Source: Minisyncoccia bacterium (GTDB taxonomy: Bacteria > Patescibacteriota > Minisyncoccia > Phycocordibacterales > UBA9973). Taken from it: a DNA stretch of 61,805 nt. The notes under the pieces were generated by a model that saw nothing but the letters and a program-made list of their open reading frames with translations, did not search any database and was not told the DNA's origin. This document shows, piece after piece, positions 47,244 through 55,262 of the stretch; position 1 is the first letter of the stretch, and the number at the start of each line of letters is the position of its first letter. The translations under genes were made by a program, and so were the position numbers. The stretch lies in the NCBI GenBank assembly GCA_049317285.1, contig JBMOIO010000001.1, positions 86,388-148,192 of the forward strand. The letters run 5' to 3'.

Positions 47244-47858
47244 CTAGTGGCTTGCGGGGTCTATCATAGCGATAATGCGCTCAATCAAGCGCTTTGGGTC
47301 GCTGTCATAAATAATTTTCTCTGACGGGCGATTACTCTTTTCCATCAAGTCTTTGATCTGTTCGTCCATAGTCCACGGACCCTCAAGAACACCAATCGGC
47401 TTTCCGTCTTCATAGGCAATAGTAAACTCGTGGATTGTGCCGATACGTCCGCATCCGATAATCACCGCGTCACAACTGCGCGTAAACAACAAGTCGCGTC
47501 CTGGAAATCCAAAGCCGGTGTAAATGATGAGGTCCATATAGTCGACCGGCAAGCGATATGTTTCGAGGTGCTCTTTCTGTGTTGCTGCAGGAGAAAGCCC
47601 GATCGATACTCCATGTTCTTCCTTTGCACCCATCGCAGCCCACAATGGGAAGCCTGCTGTTGCACCAGTAATAACAATGCCTCCCTGTTTGATAACTTGG
47701 CGCCCCAGTTCTTTTGCCGACTCAAGGGCGTTGAGTCCACAATGACCTGTTTCTGCAGCACCACTGATACCAATCTTAACGCGCAAATGACCGTGCTTGT
47801 CAGAAGTTTCAAGCGGGCCATTGTAATAATATTGTGGTGTAGAGTTTCCTTCGTGCAT
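47244..47858 (-). CDS. SLOG/LOG-like Rossmann protein (TIGR00725-type)
   Basis: 204 aa: KIGISGAAETGHCG...ELGRQVIKQGGIVITGATAGFPLWAAMGAKEEHGVSIGLSP. Confidence 0.7.
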   Translation of the reverse strand: MHEGNSTPQYYYNGPLETSDKHGHLRVKIGISGAAETGHCGLNALESAKELGRQVIKQGGIVITGATAGFPLWAAMGAKEEHGVSIGLSPAATQKEHLETYRLPVDYMDLIIYTGFGFPGRDLLFTRSCDAVIIGCGRIGTIHEFTIAYEDGKPIGVLEGPWTMDEQIKDLMEKSNRPSEKIIYDSDPKRLIERIIAMIDPASH

Positions 47859-47875
47859 AAAAATAGTTTTGAGAA

Positions 47876-49273
47876 TTACTTGCAGTCCAATTCTACCACA
47901 TCACCTTCTTCAGGAGCATATGCTTTCACGCCCAAGTAGTCGCGGAGTCTCTGTGTGAGAAAGAGTGATGACTTTGGCTCCCCCATCACGACATACACTT
48001 TCTTTACCGTATCTGCAATTTGCTCCACAAATTCAATAAGATGATCGGAGTCTTTGTGCCCAGAATAGCCATTGATGAATACGACATTGGCTCGCACTGG
48101 AATTGTTTGATGATTAATCTGCACTTCTTTTGCGCCGTCTTGAATAATACGCCCAAGCGTTCCTACTGACTGATACCCTGTCAACAAGAGTGTATTCTTT
48201 GGGTCTGGAAGGTAGTGCGCTTCGTGGTGAAGAATGCGCCCGCCGTTGCTCATACCGGACCCTGCAATCACTATTTTAGGATTTGGTTCGTGGATAATTT
48301 GCTTTGAATCTTCGGTGAGAAGCGTGCTTTTCAAGCCTGGGAAATTAAAAATATCATCCCCTTCTCCTATCTGCTTTTGCGCAAATGCGTTGAAGTACTT
48401 TGAATATTTGCCGTACACTTTGGTGAGCTTGATAGCGAGCGGCGAATCAAAGAATATCGGCATAGCGGGGATGCGGTGGTTTTCCACGAGCTCGTTGATC
48501 TCAAACAACAACTCCTGTGAGCGTTCAAGGGAGAATGTCGGGATAATAAGCGTGCCCTTTCGCTTGTAGTTGTCTTCTAGACTCTCTTCTAAACGGGTTC
48601 GGCGCTCGAGGCGGTCGATATGATTGCGGTCGCCATAGACGCTTTCCATAATAAGGTAGTCGACATTTTTCAAAGCTTCAGTATCGCGAAGCAAAGGAGA
48701 CGGTGAGTTTCCGAGATCCCCTGTAAAGATAATTTTCTTATTGTTGTAGATGATCTCAAGCATGCCAGAGCCCAAAATATGCCCCGCATCGCGGTAGCGA
48801 AAGACAAAATCCCCTACCTTCATATCTTGATGATAGTCCAGCGTCTTCCACTTTCGCAGTACTTTTTCAAGCATCGCAGGCGTATAGATTTTCTGTAATC
48901 GGTCGTCGTCGCTTCGAGAGAGAATGTTCACCGTGTCTTCGAGCATCAATGCTGTAATCTCTTTTGTCGGAATAGTGGAAACAATCTCGCCATCAAAACC
49001 GTCGAAGATCAATTTGGGAATGCGTCCGATATGATCGATGTGCGCATGGGTGATAAAAAGAATATCAACACTCTTTGGGTCATAGATAAACGCTTCCCAG
49101 TTCTTATCGTCCGCAATTTTTGAGCCCTGCGTAAGACCGCAGTCGATTAAAAATTTTTTTGAACCCTCACTATCGGTGCCTTCGAGCAAAAAATTCGCCC
49201 CTGTCACTGATCCTGTGCCGCCGGCGAATGTTACTTTTAGTGTTTTATTCAATATCGTATCCATTGGTAGCAT
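47876..49273 (-). CDS. MBL-fold beta-CASP family RNA-metabolising hydrolase (CPSF/RNase J-like)
   Basis: FITHAHIDHIGRIP (HxHxDH) plus beta-CASP-like downstream motifs. The start is the ATG at 49273 or 49264, because the track start is a GTG. Confidence 0.85.
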   Translation of the reverse strand: MLPMDTILNKTLKVTFAGGTGSVTGANFLLEGTDSEGSKKFLIDCGLTQGSKIADDKNWEAFIYDPKSVDILFITHAHIDHIGRIPKLIFDGFDGEIVSTIPTKEITALMLEDTVNILSRSDDDRLQKIYTPAMLEKVLRKWKTLDYHQDMKVGDFVFRYRDAGHILGSGMLEIIYNNKKIIFTGDLGNSPSPLLRDTEALKNVDYLIMESVYGDRNHIDRLERRTRLEESLEDNYKRKGTLIIPTFSLERSQELLFEINELVENHRIPAMPIFFDSPLAIKLTKVYGKYSKYFNAFAQKQIGEGDDIFNFPGLKSTLLTEDSKQIIHEPNPKIVIAGSGMSNGGRILHHEAHYLPDPKNTLLLTGYQSVGTLGRIIQDGAKEVQINHQTIPVRANVVFINGYSGHKDSDHLIEFVEQIADTVKKVYVVMGEPKSSLFLTQRLRDYLGVKAYAPEEGDVVELDCK

Positions 49274-49679
49274 TGTACCGTTTCTTCTGCTGCAACACAA
49301 AATATGTACCAATCGCACCACCTACCATATCGAGCACAATGTCCGAGACAGAGTCGGGAAATGTGGCAAGCGTCATCGACCCTTTCACCACATACTGCAC
49401 GACATATTCAAAATATTCCCATGCGCCCCCTACCACCAATACTGCGAGCAAGAGCGTCACAACAGTCTCATAGCGATTGAGTTCCATGATGTGTCTATAG
49501 AAAAATGCGGCAGTAAATACCGCTAAAAAGACTCCTCCAAGAGTATGCATCATCATGTCGTACCACGGTATTGAGACATACCAATAAAACGCGCTTGCCC
49601 CGAAGTGGAGTCCAGACAACAAGAGGATACAAAACAGTGAAACAGCAGCGATTCGCTTTTGTAAACCTGATTCTATCAT
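49245..49679 (-). CDS. small integral membrane protein, function unknown
   Basis: About 144 aa from the ATG at 49679 (MIESGLQKRIAAVSLFCILLL...). The longer track ORF would run through a strong terminator hairpin. Confidence 0.6.
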   Translation of the reverse strand: MIESGLQKRIAAVSLFCILLLSGLHFGASAFYWYVSIPWYDMMMHTLGGVFLAVFTAAFFYRHIMELNRYETVVTLLLAVLVVGGAWEYFEYVVQYVVKGSMTLATFPDSVSDIVLDMVGGAIGTYFVLQQKKRYNATNGYDIE

Positions 49680-49696
49680 GTGCTCAGTATACATCA

Positions 49697-49886
49697 GAAT
49701 ACAAAGAACCGATGTGCGCAAGCGCACATCGGTTCTTCATTACGGCTATTGATAGATAGTACCTTAGCAGAAAGCCAAGTGGGGTATCTGGGTGCGAGAA
49801 ACGCCGCGATAAAAATTCTGACGCAAGACTCACCACACGACTCCCCCTATACCAATTGTTCTAGGTACTATAAATCAATAGCCGTA
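49697..49886 (-). ncRNA. candidate structured small RNA (6S-like long irregular hairpin) with its own promoter and terminator; identity unknown
   Basis: Supporting elements:
- Promoter TTGTCC-16 nt-TATAAT (49892-49919).
- A closing stem pairing 22 of 24 positions (49741-49764 with 49863-49886), which encloses 98 nt with two roughly 15-nt unpaired strands and an inner imperfect stem.
- A 14-bp GC-rich terminator hairpin (49705-49736) followed by a T-run. Confidence 0.35.
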
Positions 49887-49945
49887 CATTTATTATACCG
49901 AAACGATACCTTCGGACAAGATAGACAGGTGAAAAAAGTAAGGTC

Positions 49946-50422
49946 TTACATCAATTCATCGGAAAAGATGTACTGCGTATCGATTTTATCGTAGTCAACA
50001 ATCTCGCTCTCTTCAAAAAAGCGCTTGATTTCTATTTGCGCATTCTCGATTGTATCGGATGCGTGCACAACATTTGACTGCATTGAAAGCGCCAGGTCCC
50101 CTCGAAGGGTTCCGGCTGCCGCTTCGTAGCTTTTTTTCGGACCAACGATGATTCGGATACTGTCGATTGCCTTGATTCCTGCAACTGCCATGACAATCAC
50201 CGGAGATGATGTCATGAAGCGCTTAATGCGCGGGAAGAACGGCTTGTCCTTGATATGGCTATAGTGGTCTTCCACTAGCACATCAGAGAGGTGCATCATT
50301 TTCATGCCAATAATCTTCAGTCCCTTGTTTTCAAAACGGGTAATAATGTTTCCCACCAAACTGCGCTGGATTGCGTCGGGTTTGATAATAATAAGGCTTC
50401 GTTCTTCTGTTTCGTGTATCAT
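49946..50422 (-). CDS. ndk: nucleoside diphosphate kinase
   Basis: 158 aa: ERSLIIIKPDAIQRSLVGNIITRFENKGLKIIGMKMM... NVVHASD. Confidence 0.95.
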   Translation of the reverse strand: MIHETEERSLIIIKPDAIQRSLVGNIITRFENKGLKIIGMKMMHLSDVLVEDHYSHIKDKPFFPRIKRFMTSSPVIVMAVAGIKAIDSIRIIVGPKKSYEAAAGTLRGDLALSMQSNVVHASDTIENAQIEIKRFFEESEIVDYDKIDTQYIFSDELM

Positions 50423-50485
50423 GCCCCCAATAGTACCCCCTCCCCCTTATTTAATCAATCGTTCCCTTTTTTATATTTCTCCCTA

Positions 50486-50531
50486 CCCTTTGCATCAAAA
50501 TCTTGCTATAGCAAGATTTTGATGCAAGGGG
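50486..50531. repeat. 46-nt near-perfect palindrome (21-bp arms, 4-nt centre)
   Basis: ccctttgcatcaaaatcttgc-tata-gcaagattttgatgcaagggg, with 20 Watson-Crick pairs plus 1 T:G. It begins 4 nt after the stop of the wHTH/Cas2-fold gene and lies about 65-110 nt upstream of ndk. Confidence 0.8.
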
Positions 50532-50534
50532 TCT

Positions 50535-51023
50535 TTATAAAATAATTTCTATGTCTTTTGTTACGGTAAAAATCTTAACACAATCTTTTAAACCGATTGA
50601 TTTACAGTATTCAATAAATTCCCTGGGAAGTGGTCCAGGACCGAGCCATACGCTCCGCTGCACCATATTATATCCAAATTCTCGCAATTGATGACGAAAC
50701 CATTCCCTTTCCCCTTTTCTATTTTCAGGAATATCAAAAAGTACCAACAGTTTCTTTTTCGCATTACTCAAAGAGGTACGATCAAATAATTTTAGTTTTA
50801 CAGCTATAGATTCTCCGTATACAATCCCGAGCTTTCGCACCATGATACGGTCCGAGCCTTCGCGCTGTATCATGTTCTTTTTCAAAAGTTTTGTAATAGC
50901 ATTCTCAACAGACCGGTGTTTGTACAGAGAAAAAACAGGGAGGCCAAGTGCACTCACGGGCATTCCTTTATATCGATACTTTGGTTCCAACAGTAATTGT
51001 AAAATTTTGTCTTCAATACTCAT
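50535..51023 (-). CDS. winged-helix plus Cas2-like/PaaX-like ferredoxin-fold domain protein (putative regulator)
   Basis: 162 aa with an N-terminal wHTH. It is followed by KKKLLVLFDIPENRKGEREWFRHQLREFGYNMVQRSVWLGP, a beta-alpha-beta pattern with a conserved Asp as in Cas2 and the PaaX core. Confidence 0.6.
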   Translation of the reverse strand: MSIEDKILQLLLEPKYRYKGMPVSALGLPVFSLYKHRSVENAITKLLKKNMIQREGSDRIMVRKLGIVYGESIAVKLKLFDRTSLSNAKKKLLVLFDIPENRKGEREWFRHQLREFGYNMVQRSVWLGPGPLPREFIEYCKSIGLKDCVKIFTVTKDIEIIL

Positions 51024-51114
51024 TTTTTTGCGATAGCATATTTTTGAGTATAGGAAACGAGAGATGAAATTATCTTTAAGATAAAAAGAGAGGAAGGGGG
51101 TGGATAATTTCAGG

Positions 51115-52782
51115 CTACATTTTGGAAGGGAGTGGGAGGGCGAGGAGGCGCAGGCCGTTTGTCATCGTCGTAGCAAACGCTTCTGTGAGTGCGAGCTTGT
51201 AGGGAGACTCTGGTGTATCATCGATCACCTTTGTATTCCCATACCAGCTGTTGAAGCTCTGGGAGAGTTCAAGCAGGTAGGTTACTAAAAAGTGCGGAGA
51301 CCACTCCTGTATTGCATGGGTTAACACTTCTGGAAAATGAATCAGTTGTTTCTCAAGCGTTGTAGTATTCCAGTTTTCTGGAAGTGTGGTATTCCCAGCT
51401 CCCCCCTTTGAAAGGATAGACTGTGCGCGCACAGTTGAGTACTGTAGGTATGGCCCTGAGTCTCCTTCAAAAGATAGTGATGTCTCCGGGTCGAAGTTGA
51501 TATCCTTCCCCGCTGCAGCGCGGAGGATTGAAAACTTAATTGCACCAATAGCGATTGCATCAATCGATTCTTTTGAAATATCTATTGCGCGCTCTGCCAC
51601 TTCTTCGGCAACTGTGTCGATCATGGTTTCTGCAAGTGGTACTCCGCCGAGACGCGACGACATTTTCTCTCCCTTGAAAGACATGCGCCCATGGTGAATG
51701 TGAATGCTCTTATCAGCCCACTCACTATTAATATGTTGTGCGGCATCGAGCACCACCGCAAAGTGTGGTACCTGCTGATTGTCGGTCACAAAGAGCGAGA
51801 GGTCGGGGGCGTAGCGCTCAAACTTCATGGAAAGCAGTCCAATATCCTTTGCCTCGTAAGTGGGGTTGTCTTGGCTGTTGATGAACACTGCGGTATTGAT
51901 GTCTTTGCGATCTTCAGCCGGGACATACACTACAGCACCTTCGCTTTTGCTGAATACAGCAGGGGTGTGTTTCAAAACAATATCCTTCCCTTCTACACCC
52001 GCTTCGCTTTCGTAGATATACGAATCGAAGCTTGAGCCAACGCGCTTCATAATTGTTTCAAAGTAGGCGATGTTAAAGTTCTTGCATGCACAAAACAATT
52101 CCCATTCAGGAGAAAGGGTTTGTGTGTAGAGATTGTCCGCAATTTCTTTTATTCGCGCATGAACACTTTCGTCATCCGAATAGCGTGCTGTCCCCTCTAC
52201 ATATGCATCGCCAAGCATTTCTATGGTGATCGCTGTTGCATCAACCTGCTTTTCCAATAGTATAAAAATGGCTTTTGCCACACCGAGCGAAATGTCTGAG
52301 GGAAATGAAGTGATGGTTACTTCAGCACCAGACGCGCGCGCAAGCTCCACGAGCGACTGCCCTATTGTGTTGTTCATCACGTGCCCAATATGAAACGGTT
52401 TGAAGAGGTTGGGGCTTGAGTGCTCTACTAAAATCTTTTTTCCTTTATGGATTTCTGTATTCCCCCACTCATTTTTTTTCTCAAGAATGGTTTCAAGTGT
52501 TTTTGCAAAGTATTCTGGCGCAAGGGTGAAGTTGATAAAGCCCGGCCCCGCTACACTCACTTCAGCAATATCAGTTCCCTTTTTCTCATTCAGTACAGTC
52601 GCCAAGGTATCGGCAATTTCCTTCGGATTTCTCTCAAGTGTTTTTGCCACAGCAAGCGCAACACTGGTGGCATAGTCGCCGTGCGCGAGGTCCTTTGGCT
52701 CCTCAACGACAATGGCCACCCCTTCAAGTCCATAGGAGTCTTTGAGTGCTTGTGCAATAAGGGTATGAATAGTGCTTTCCAT
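51115..52782 (-). CDS. argS: arginyl-tRNA synthetase
   Basis: 555 aa: SSPNLFKPFHIGHVMNNTIG (HIGH) and a DALR-type anticodon-binding C-terminus. The promoter TGgTATAGT ends 6 nt before the ATG, so the mRNA is probably leaderless. Confidence 0.95.
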   Translation of the reverse strand: MESTIHTLIAQALKDSYGLEGVAIVVEEPKDLAHGDYATSVALAVAKTLERNPKEIADTLATVLNEKKGTDIAEVSVAGPGFINFTLAPEYFAKTLETILEKKNEWGNTEIHKGKKILVEHSSPNLFKPFHIGHVMNNTIGQSLVELARASGAEVTITSFPSDISLGVAKAIFILLEKQVDATAITIEMLGDAYVEGTARYSDDESVHARIKEIADNLYTQTLSPEWELFCACKNFNIAYFETIMKRVGSSFDSYIYESEAGVEGKDIVLKHTPAVFSKSEGAVVYVPAEDRKDINTAVFINSQDNPTYEAKDIGLLSMKFERYAPDLSLFVTDNQQVPHFAVVLDAAQHINSEWADKSIHIHHGRMSFKGEKMSSRLGGVPLAETMIDTVAEEVAERAIDISKESIDAIAIGAIKFSILRAAAGKDINFDPETSLSFEGDSGPYLQYSTVRAQSILSKGGAGNTTLPENWNTTTLEKQLIHFPEVLTHAIQEWSPHFLVTYLLELSQSFNSWYGNTKVIDDTPESPYKLALTEAFATTMTNGLRLLALPLPSKM

Positions 52783-52896
52783 GACAAAACTATACCAGAA
52801 AAGCGGGCTTTTGCTACCGGGTCGCTATTGCACCGTCAGGCTTTGACATTATTGAAATAAAAGGTAGAGTGTTGGAAAATAACTAAAAATTGAAAA

Positions 52897-53157
52897 ATGA
52901 ATAATCAGCTAGAAGAATGGAAGCGGACCGGAATAATGCCGTACCATTGCCAAGACTACACCCCCTTTCATGCGGACTATGAATATCTCCGATGGGTGGG
53001 ACCTTTACTTTCTCAACCAGAGAAAAAAGGGAGAACAGATACTGGTGTGTATGAATTATTTGGAACTCCCCAAATGGAATTTGACCTGACAAAAGGCTTT
53101 CCTCTTCTAACAACCAAAGACGTTCACTTCCATTCCGTCAAAGTAGAGCTTGCATGA
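52897..53157 (+). pseudogene. thyA: thymidylate synthase (ThyA) remnant, N-terminal fragment only
   Basis: [59 protein letters not shown] aligns to E. coli ThyA [59 protein letters not shown]. The TGA falls at the conserved Trp codon, and only about 180 nt remain before folA. Confidence 0.8.
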
Positions 53158-53291
53158 TTTTCGATTACTCGAGGATCAATCACTTCGTCAGCAATACTGA
53201 CAGCAGTAGATTGTGTATTATTTTTAGTTTCCATATTTCAAAGAGTTTAGTTTGGTTCGGATACTATACCTTTTGATACCAAAGTGAAATA

Positions 53292-53320
53292 TTGACAAAA
53301 TAAGAAAACATATATATTGT
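53292..53320 (+). promoter_or_regulatory. putative folA promoter
   Basis: TTGACA (53292-53297) followed by a 15-17 nt spacer and a TATATT/TATTGT -10 element. Confidence 0.45.
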
Positions 53321-53338
53321 AGAGCAAAACTTAAAAAT

Positions 53339-53902
53339 ATGGATATAGGTATGACAATCGTAGTTGGGTATGGAGAAAATTTCGTAATCGGCAACAAGGG
53401 CACATTGCCGAACTGGAAGCTTCCTGGTGATATGGCCCATTTCAAAGAATTGACTATGGATGACGGCAATGGAAGCATAGTAGTAATGGGGAGAAAGACC
53501 TACGAGTCATTTCCCATAAAATATAGACCTCTACCTGGAAGGCATAACTGGATATTTTCCCGCCAAGTGCCTCGGTATGAACCGGTACCCGATCATTTTT
53601 TCACCAACATATGCACATCGTTTGATGAAGTATATTGGCTGCATGATTTTGACGGCGTCACATCAAACAAAAAGATTTTTATTATCGGGGGTGCGGAACT
53701 ATATGCCCAAGCGCTTACTCTCCCGAGAAATGGCTTGCTGTTTGTAGATAAAATAATTGCAACAGAAATTGAAGGTATATTTGAAGGTGACACGTTTTTC
53801 CCGGCACCAGACTATTCACAATGGGAAAGAAAAGTCTTAAAAGAAGTACCTAAAGACGAAAGAAATTCCCACAACTTCAACATTGTGCAGTACATACGAT
53901 AA
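53339..53902 (+). CDS. folA: dihydrofolate reductase
   Basis: 187 aa: MTIVVGYGENFVIGNKGTLPNWKLPGDMAHFKELT...VVMGRKTYESFP...PLPGRHNWIFS...FIIGGAELY. Confidence 0.9.
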   Translation: MDIGMTIVVGYGENFVIGNKGTLPNWKLPGDMAHFKELTMDDGNGSIVVMGRKTYESFPIKYRPLPGRHNWIFSRQVPRYEPVPDHFFTNICTSFDEVYWLHDFDGVTSNKKIFIIGGAELYAQALTLPRNGLLFVDKIIATEIEGIFEGDTFFPAPDYSQWERKVLKEVPKDERNSHNFNIVQYIR

Positions 53903-53910
53903 GGTAAACC

Positions 53911-53942
53911 AAAAAGCCTCCGCTTACACGGAGGCTTTTTTT
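53911..53942. terminator. bidirectional terminator between folA and rplK
   Basis: aaaaagcctccg-cttacac-ggaggcttttttt. Confidence 0.75.
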
Positions 53943-53962
53943 ATTTCTCAAAATTGAGAGTA

Positions 53963-54388
53963 TTAGTCGAGAACTTCGATACCTGCACTTCGTGCTGAAC
54001 CGGCAACGATTTTCATTGCGGCTTCAACAGTATTTGCATTGAGGTCAGGCATCTTGCGCTCTGCGATTTCTCGAAGCTGTGCCTGAGTGATCTTCCCCAC
54101 TTTAGAGGTGCGAGCCTTTGGTGAACCTTTCTCAACCCCTGCTGCCTTCAAAATAAGAGAAGTAACTGGAGGTGTGGTAACAAAGAAGTCGTATGAACGG
54201 TCATCATAGACAACCACTTTCACACCGAGCTTTTCGCCACGCTGCTCTGCTGTTGCTGCGTTGAACTTCTGAACGAAGTCAGAGATGTTCACACCTGCCT
54301 GACCGAGTGCAGGACCTAGTGGTGGAGCCGGAGTTGCCATAGCACCCATAGCCTGGAGTTTGATTCGTTTTGTAATGTTTTTTGCCAT
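53963..54388 (-). CDS. rplK: 50S ribosomal protein L11
   Basis: 141 aa: IKLQAMGAMATPAPPLGPALGQAGVNISDFVQKFN... Confidence 0.97.
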   Translation of the reverse strand: MAKNITKRIKLQAMGAMATPAPPLGPALGQAGVNISDFVQKFNAATAEQRGEKLGVKVVVYDDRSYDFFVTTPPVTSLILKAAGVEKGSPKARTSKVGKITQAQLREIAERKMPDLNANTVEAAMKIVAGSARSAGIEVLD

Positions 54389-54447
54389 AAATATGTATAG
54401 GATTTCTCCCGAATTAGCTAATGTAGAAGCAGTAGCGTAACGGGCAA

Positions 54448-54476
54448 ACTATAGCACTACAGAGTATTTTTGTAAA
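54448..54476 (-). promoter_or_regulatory. rplK promoter
   Basis: Minus strand reads TTTACA-17 nt-TATAGT, between the nusG terminator and rplK. Confidence 0.55.
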
Positions 54477-54482
54477 TGCAGC

Positions 54483-54513
54483 AAAAGACCACCCCTACAG
54501 GGGTGGTCTTTTT
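54483..54513 (-). terminator. intrinsic terminator after nusG
   Basis: aaaagaccacccc-tacag-gggtggtcttttt. Confidence 0.7.
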
Positions 54514-54516
54514 ATT

Positions 54517-55065
54517 TTACAGTTTCTTTACTTGGAGGAAGTCGAGTTCTACCGGCGTTTCTCGCCCGAACAGCGACACCATCACTTTGACCTTTCCGCG
54601 CTCGGAGTCTACTTCAGATACACGACCTTCGGAGTCCTTAAACGGACCGTCCGAGATAGTGATTGTCTCCCCTACTTCAAGGTCGATGGTGTGCTTGGTC
54701 ACATCGTCGTTGTTCATCTGCCCAAGCAAGTAGTCGATTTCTTTTTGAGTAAGAGGGACAGGAGTGACACCTGCACCAACGAATCCGGTAACACGAGGAG
54801 TGTTGCGGACCACAAACCATGAGTCGTCAGTCACCACCATGTCCACAAGAACATATCCCGGATACACTTTCTCTTCAACCTCTACGCGCTTCCCACCCTT
54901 GATCTTGATTTTCTTTTCAATAGGGACAACAACATTAAAAATTTTATCCTCCTTTCCGAGGCTTTCAATGCGCTGGCGAAGGTTTCGCAATACAGCGTTT
55001 TCATACCCTGAGTAGGTGTGGATAGCGTACCAGTGTCTCTCTCCTGTGTGTTCTTGTTTTGCCAT
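54517..55065 (-). CDS. nusG: transcription termination/antitermination factor NusG
   Basis: 182 aa: HWYAIHTYSGYENAV... and a KOW C-terminus (GETITISDGPFKDSEGRVSEVD). Confidence 0.95.
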   Translation of the reverse strand: MAKQEHTGERHWYAIHTYSGYENAVLRNLRQRIESLGKEDKIFNVVVPIEKKIKIKGGKRVEVEEKVYPGYVLVDMVVTDDSWFVVRNTPRVTGFVGAGVTPVPLTQKEIDYLLGQMNNDDVTKHTIDLEVGETITISDGPFKDSEGRVSEVDSERGKVKVMVSLFGRETPVELDFLQVKKL

Positions 55066-55085
55066 AGCTTTAAATATTACTGAAA

Positions 55086-55262
55086 TTAAATAAGTGCGCG
55101 AAGTCCAGCCCGGAATACGCTATCAACGCCTGTGAGGAAGTACCCGAGTGCAAGCGAGAGTCCAATAATAATGAGAGTGTAAGCAACAGTACGCGCACGG
55201 CTTGGCCATACGACGTGGCGCATTTCATTTCGTGTTTCTCTTAAAAATCCCAGTTTTGCCAT
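55086..55262 (-). CDS. secE: preprotein translocase subunit SecE
   Basis: 58 aa from the ATG at 55262: MAKLGFLRETRNEMRHVVWPSRARTVAYTLIIIGLSLALGYFL. It lies in secE-nusG-rplK synteny. Confidence 0.85.
   Translation of the reverse strand: MAKLGFLRETRNEMRHVVWPSRARTVAYTLIIIGLSLALGYFLTGVDSVFRAGLRALI

Noticed and set aside
49741-49886. An Mn2+ (yybP-ykoY) riboswitch call, based on AUAGGGGGAGUCGUGUGG resembling AAAGGGGAGUAGCGUCGG.
   Set aside because: The 3'-half conserved elements (UUGACA..., GCAAGACC) are not evident, and the downstream gene is not a known Mn-homeostasis family. It is kept only as an alternative inside the sRNA finding.
50423-51114. A CRISPR array or cas operon near the Cas2-fold gene.
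   Set aside because: There are no direct repeats with spacers on either side, only one palindrome, and the flanking genes are ndk and argS.
53155-53157. The possibility that the in-frame TGA in thyA is read through as an amino acid (an alternative genetic code, as in some CPR lineages).
   Set aside because: TGA terminates well-supported genes here, often in ATGA overlaps (510-512, 14302-14304, 14970-14972, 15971-15973). Moreover, the sequence after the TGA has no ThyA similarity and is far too short to complete the enzyme.
53224-53478. An 84-aa minus-strand ORF spanning the thyA-folA spacer and the folA start.
   Set aside because: It overlaps the folA start and promoter, is hydrophobic and low-complexity, and has no supporting signals.
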